Shown: piece after piece, positions 59,852 through 64,000 of the stretch
Layout of the letters: each line of letters begins with the position of its first letter
Numbering within the stretch: the stretch's first letter is position 1
Source of the DNA: Alloascoidea hylecoeti
Lineage: Eukaryota
Reading direction: 5' to 3'
Assembly: GCA_001600815.1 (NCBI GenBank)
Contig: BCKZ01000016.1
Location: 423,077-487,076 of the forward strand
Length of the DNA: 64,000 nucleotides
Notes under the pieces: generated by a model
The model's input: only the letters and a program-made list of their open reading frames with translations
Database searches by the model: none
What the model was told of the DNA's origin: nothing
Translations under genes and position numbers: made by a program

Positions 59852-60437
59852 ATGTCTACCACAACTGAAAACATCGATTCGAAGTCCCTCGAGCAATCCA
59901 GCTCTCAAGATGATGTAAGTAATTCTATTTGTTTGCATCTATTTGTCAGGCTTTTTACTAACAAACTAATAGCTACAGAGTATGACCGAACGAATGGCAG
60001 AAATGGAGGCAGAGGCTACTCGGTTGAGAGAATTGCAGACCTCTCTAGAACAAGAAACTTCTGCTGTGACAGAGTCCAAGGAAGATGTCGATGCCCGTTC
60101 AATTTACGTGGGTAATGTTGATTACGAGGCCACCTCGGAAGAACTACAGAAACATTTCCAGAGTTGTGGTGCCATAAACAGAGTCTCAATCATGCTTGAC
60201 AAGCACTCCGGTCATCCCAAAGGTTATGCCTACATTGAGTTTGCTGAGCCAAGCTTAGTTCCTCATGCTTTGGTTTTAAATGAAAGCGTATTTCGCGGTA
60301 GGAATTTGAAGGTTACCCCAAAACGTACAAACGTCCCACGCTTTCTTCGTGGTAGAGGTAGAGGAAGAGGGGGAAGAGGAGGAAGAGGATACAGAGGTGG
60401 TTTCAGAGGCCGAAGAGGTGGCTATAGACCTTATTAA
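59852..60437 (+). CDS. Nuclear poly(A)-binding protein (PABPN1/Pab2/Sgn1-like), 2 exons
   Basis: Exons 59852-59914 and 59973-60437; RRM ([17 protein letters not shown]), KRTNVP, RGG tail ending RPY. Confidence 0.9.
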
Positions 60438-60796
60438 TTTTAGTGACTATCACACACGAAAAAGATTTTGGATGTATATTGAATGTATATATAATCGGCC
60501 TTACAATTGTTATGTTTTTTTCCAAAAGATTACTTTTTTCAGTCCAATACTGTAGGCTATAGGCCCTTTGTATCTTTTAATACTAATAGAACAAGTGATT
60601 TCAATTTTTCATTAATGAATATAAAATGTTTTTATTTGTTTTAATTATACATGTATACCATAAACGTTAACGTTGAATTGATCTAATCTTACAGTATATA
60701 ATTTTTGTCAAATGTGCCATATCACCATTACATCCATACTCCCTTACATCATCTACGTCTCAAGGCTTTGTGAGGTTCTATATTCTATCCTTCAGT

Positions 60797-63700
60797 ATGA
60801 GAGTTTATGTGCGTCTCAATCCACGGAGCCTGGCCCTGGTGTCGGAAACAAGTGTCATGATACTGTTTCCCATCAAATCAAATCGTGGTACCTGCTCAAT
60901 CTCCTTCTTGCCACGGTCCGAATTTCCAATATCACAATACCAACCACTATCAAAATCAGAAGGTTACGGCCTACTCGGGCTTTCGTATATTGATGGACAC
61001 ATTTACTTGGGAATTATTTCGGGTGCTTCAAAAGTAGCACTCCCTAGAAATGGTGAAACTGTACAACGAATAGATGCCGTTGAGTTCCATTGTTTAACTA
61101 ATTCCGACTGGGATTATATTGGTTTGGATCCTAATGGGTTTGCGCTTGATGCTTCGACACTAGATACACGTTATGAATCTCTAGGCACAAGGGTAGCTCA
61201 TCCTTGTACCGAGCTGAAGAAACTACTATCTGATGGAAGCTTCTACTATTCCACAGACTTTAATATAACACAGACCTTACAACAAAGAGGTATTCATTCC
61301 TTCAATAATAATGGCAATAATGATCACGAACAAATAGAAGAGACTAATTGGAAAGACTTTATGTGGAACGCTTTTATAATGTCTGACATTATCAAATATA
61401 GAAACAGACTGGACCCGACTTTAAGGGCAATATTCGATGCCTCTGGTTTCAATACCTCAGTCATCCGAGGTTTTGCCGAAACTATAACAACTCGGGTTGC
61501 CAATTCAATGGGATGTCGAATTACTATTATATCCAAACAATCATGTAGGAAAGCAGGAACAAGATATAATTCCCGAGGTATAAACGATGAAGGCCATGTT
61601 GCTAATTTTGTGGAATCAGAAATCATTGTTAATATTCCTGAAACCGACTTATGTGCTTCTTATACCCAAGTTAGAGGAAGTGTCCCACTGTTTTGGGAAC
61701 AAGAAACTCAACTGTTAGGTACTAGTTCAAAAGTTACTATTACAAGATCACCTCAAGCTACGCAACCGGCATTTACGAAACACTTTCAAGCATTGGCAGA
61801 TGCATTTGGTGATGTCCATATTGTTAATCTGTTATCGGCAACCAAATCAAATGAAATTGATCTATCTAGAAAATATGAACTTCAATTGAAAGATTTTATT
61901 AAGTCTACAGATCGACATATTCCTTTCACTCATTTCGATTTTCACGTTATCACAGCTTCTTCAAAAGGTGGTTACGCAAATGCTTCCAAAATTTTACCTT
62001 CATTGAATGCTTCGATTAATAATTTTTCTTTTTGTGCAATTGATGAAAATACTGGCGATTATACCTCAGAGCAAACTGGTGTTTTTCGAACAAACTGCCT
62101 GGACTGTTTGGATAGGACAAATTTCATACAACAGGTTATATCTAAAGAAATATTGGTATCCATTTTATATAACTATCGTATAACTTCATCTCCTAGTAGC
62201 TCTGCGGGTATTTACAATATGATGGAATCACATAATAAACTATGGGCTAATAATGGCGATCAATTATCACAAATTTATACTGGAACGAATGCTTTAAAAA
62301 CATCATTTACAAGAACAGGGAGAATGAATCTAGCTGGAGCTCTTTCAGACATGACAAAATCAGTTAGTAGAATGTACGTAAATAGCTTCATGGATAAAGA
62401 TAGACAGGCAATGATTGATTTATTATTAGGAAACAATGCTGATCAAAAGAAAGTGAGAGTTTATGATCCTGCTTCTGAATATGTGGAAACAGAGTTGAAA
62501 AAGGTTGAATACAAATTCAAAAGTTTTCAAAATATTAAAATATGGACTGGAACTTTCAATGTTGCAGGTGGATATCCAAGAGAAAGTCTTACATCATGGA
62601 TTTTTCCTGATGAAACTAACGATGAAACTGACCTTCCTGATTTGATTTTTATTGGACTACAAGAAATTGTTGAATTAACTGCTGGTAATATGATGACAGT
62701 AGATCCAAGTAAAGCTAGAGCTTGGGAAAATAAGCTGGCTGAGACTTTAAAGCAAAAAGGAGGTTATGTTATGATCCGCACAGGCTCCCTTGGATCTCTC
62801 TCGCTTTTTATATATGCAAAAAGTTCAAAAGTGGCAGAAATAAAAAATGTCGAAACTGCCACAAAAAAGACGGGTATGGGTGGTATGACAGCAAATAAGG
62901 GTGCTTTAGCAATCTCTTTGTTATATGGAGCAACATCTGTTGTAATTGTTAACTGTCATATGGCAGCCGGTCAATCTGGTGTGCAAGAACGTATAGCAGA
63001 TTACCAGGTGATTGAAACTGGTATTAGATTTGCAAGAAATCAAACAATAAAGGATCATGATGTAATTGTTTGGGTAGGTGATTTCAATTACAGAGTTCAA
63101 CTACCCAATGATATGGCTAGAAACTTACTAATAATTGACGATTTGGAAGCATTATTTGCTCATGATCAATTAACTAAGGCAAAATCAGAAAGAAGAATAT
63201 TTCGGGATTACAATGAAATGAAAATTAACTTCCCTCCTACCTATAAATTTGATAAAGGGACACAAACTTATGATACTTCAGAAAAACAACGTGTTCCTTC
63301 TTGGACTGATCGTATTCTATGGAAAAGTTCCGTAGATATGAAACAATTGAATTATAGCAATGTTGATTCCATTAGATTTTCGGACCATAGACCTGTTTAT
63401 TCAACTTTTATTACCAAAATTACTATTATTGATAAAGAGTTAAAGAAAGTATTGGCACAAGAATTTCTAAAGAAGTTCTTTGAGGGATCAAATACGCCAG
63501 ATTTACTGGATTTGCCAATCACAGAAATTCGAACTTCGCATATATCTGAAGATATAACAAGACATTCTACCCCTGTTGTCCAGCAAAATCCACCCAAACC
63601 ACCTCCCCCGAGAGTCCCCCCACCCCGAAGCCAGACACAAACACCCCAATCTCGGAACACAGAACATTCTCCACTGATTAATAGTTCCATAGATTTTCCA

Positions 63701-64000
63701 GTTCTTGTTCCGAAATCAAAATTTACCGATACATCATCTGAAAACTCACTACAAATGCCAACGCATTCAAGACAAAACTCAGTATCCCCAGGTTCAAGTC
63801 CAACCCCGCCTCCCGTTCCAAAGAGACGCGAAGATATAGACACTAAATTACAAACTCCTCTTCGAGAATCGACCCCTAATTTACACCCAATGTCTTTCAA
63901 GACGGCGCCGTTAGTCCCAAAAAAGTCGATTAATCTAACGGTTCCAACGGCTCCTATTGTACCAAAGAAGCCTGCCAATCTTACAGCCATACCAAAGTTA
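60797..64000 (+). CDS. Synaptojanin-like polyphosphoinositide phosphatase (Inp52/Inp53 type), runs off the window end
   Basis: Absent from the ORF track (no stop in the window). Starts MRVYVRLNPRSLALVS; Sac1 motifs RGINDEGHVANFVESE and RTNCLDCLDRTN; 5-phosphatase motifs WVGDFNYR and PSWTDRILW; Pro-rich tail. Confidence 0.92.
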   Translation, partial: MRVYVRLNPRSLALVSETSVMILFPIKSNRGTCSISFLPRSEFPISQYQPLSKSEGYGLLGLSYIDGHIYLGIISGASKVALPRNGETVQRIDAVEFHCLTNSDWDYIGLDPNGFALDASTLDTRYESLGTRVAHPCTELKKLLSDGSFYYSTDFNITQTLQQRGIHSFNNNGNNDHEQIEETNWKDFMWNAFIMSDIIKYRNRLDPTLRAIFDASGFNTSVIRGFAETITTRVANSMGCRITIISKQSCRKAGTRYNSRGINDEGHVANFVESEIIVNIPETDLCASYTQVRGSVPLFWEQETQLLGTSSKVTITRSPQATQPAFTKHFQALADAFGDVHIVNLLSATKSNEIDLSRKYELQLKDFIKSTDRHIPFTHFDFHVITASSKGGYANASKILPSLNASINNFSFCAIDENTGDYTSEQTGVFRTNCLDCLDRTNFIQQVISKEILVSILYNYRITSSPSSSAGIYNMMESHNKLWANNGDQLSQIYTGTNALKTSFTRTGRMNLAGALSDMTKSVSRMYVNSFMDKDRQAMIDLLLGNNADQKKVRVYDPASEYVETELKKVEYKFKSFQNIKIWTGTFNVAGGYPRESLTSWIFPDETNDETDLPDLIFIGLQEIVELTAGNMMTVDPSKARAWENKLAETLKQKGGYVMIRTGSLGSLSLFIYAKSSKVAEIKNVETATKKTGMGGMTANKGALAISLLYGATSVVIVNCHMAAGQSGVQERIADYQVIETGIRFARNQTIKDHDVIVWVGDFNYRVQLPNDMARNLLIIDDLEALFAHDQLTKAKSERRIFRDYNEMKINFPPTYKFDKGTQTYDTSEKQRVPSWTDRILWKSSVDMKQLNYSNVDSIRFSDHRPVYSTFITKITIIDKELKKVLAQEFLKKFFEGSNTPDLLDLPITEIRTSHISEDITRHSTPVVQQNPPKPPPPRVPPPRSQTQTPQSRNTEHSPLINSSIDFPVLVPKSKFTDTSSENSLQMPTHSRQNSVSPGSSPTPPPVPKRREDIDTKLQTPLRESTPNLHPMSFKTAPLVPKKSINLTVPTAPIVPKKPANLTAIPKL

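Noticed and set aside
63397..63990. 197-aa minus-strand ORF and other antisense or nested ORFs (e.g. 24330-24920, 8224-8550, 16065-16385)
   Set aside because: Shadows of genuine genes on the opposite strand or another frame, with no recognisable motifs.

Overview
Eukaryotic, AT-rich, intron-rich budding-yeast (Saccharomycotina) chromosome segment. It uses the standard genetic code and encodes a respiratory complex I subunit; the features suggest an early-diverging, Dipodascaceae-like lineage (inference only). It contains about 23 protein genes, including a Ctr copper transporter, pyruvate carboxylase, an atypical eIF4E, a Gln3/AreA-type GATA factor, a rhodanese, Vps21, NDUFB9, an ADP/ATP carrier, Rho2, Dip2/Cmr2, Dma1-like FHA-RING, ketopantoate reductase-like, a divergent beta-tubulin, Gpa2, Tfb1, Swa2, Nop10, a fasciclin protein, Pab2/Sgn1 and a 3'-truncated synaptojanin. 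There are two tRNAs (Glu-CTC and intron-containing Arg-TCT) and many decayed transposons: a pogo/Fot1-like family with long TIRs, Tc1, MULE, a LINE tail and possible Crypton relics. Most notable: (1) a 1-nucleotide exon required to keep the divergent beta-tubulin in frame; (2) a membrane-protein ORF overlapping the 3' end of the Dma1-like gene in the +1 frame; (3) an ORF with 227 open codons before its first ATG; (4) a 6-nt microexon in RHO2. All exon structures were inferred by eye and have no transcript support.
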